From Candidatus Heimdallarchaeota archaeon (GTDB taxonomy: Archaea; Asgardarchaeota; Heimdallarchaeia; Hodarchaeales; Hodarchaeaceae), in NCBI GenBank assembly GCA_048881705.1, contig JBHLSH010000023.1, positions 1 to 45,237 on the forward strand: a stretch of DNA of 45,237 bases, given 5' to 3'. How positions within the stretch are numbered: the first letter of the stretch is position 1; each line of letters starts with the position of its first letter. This document shows, in pieces, positions 45,052 through 45,237 of this stretch. The position numbers and the translations under genes are program-made. The notes beneath the pieces were generated by a model that did no database searches, had not been told where the DNA came from, and saw nothing but the letters and a program-made list of their open reading frames with translations.

Positions 45052-45237
45052 TTAGCAGGCCATCAGTAGTGATCCAAGGATTACTTCCTATCAAGGTCTA
45101 ATCCCTGAAATCTATCGTGTGCTTTTACCTAGATTAATCTATGCAGTCAAATTTTATTTAAATACTTACTCGATAATCGGATCCAGTCGTTCTTGAGGGA
45201 CGATTATCGCATATTCCCCCTTAAATTACCTTTCAGA

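Noticed and set aside
45182-45191. TCCAGTCGTT, matching the core of copies B and C
   Set aside because: A 10-nt match with no flanking homology, 39 kb from the array; compatible with chance.
1-45237. tRNA, rRNA, integrase/transposase and scpA/scpB genes
   Set aside because: None recognised by eye. tRNAscan-SE and HMM searches would be needed to exclude them. smc unlinked from scpAB is not unusual enough to report.

Overview
A 45-kb stretch of an Asgard archaeal chromosome. It is probably Heimdallarchaeia, possibly Hodarchaeales; this is inferred from a Pol-epsilon-like PolB, three Rab/Ras-like GTPases, a gelsolin-domain protein, a uDENN/longin-like protein and an expanded-family TPR protein. 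Housekeeping genes include smc, an MFS transporter, a DPM1-like GT2, dUTPase, a class III aminotransferase, Lrp, MutY, an orphan N6-adenine MTase, a Nudix CoA pyrophosphatase, class II HMG-CoA reductase and an eIF2B-like protein. No rRNA, tRNA, CRISPR array, integrase or transposase was recognised. Main observation: the last ~26 codons of smc (5772-5854) recur three more times downstream (4893-4974, 2097-2137, 154-236), in the same orientation and as diverged homologous gene ends. Each interval between copies holds exactly one accessory module (DUF433/PIN toxin-antitoxin pair, NosD-type surface protein, TPR protein). This looks like a cassette array built by repeated integration into the smc 3' end. 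Other highlights: (i) two ORFs (37209-35395 and 35331-33448) lie in one frame, separated by a single TAG inside an acidic linker; together they would make a ~1253-aa SNAP-like/3x beta-sandwich/uDENN/TPR protein; (ii) the Pol-epsilon-like enzyme keeps the CysX motif and adds an extra four-Cys cluster and a terminal C4 finger; (iii) a longin-like/coiled-coil/two-GTPase gene run. All family calls come from motif recognition by eye; no searches were run.
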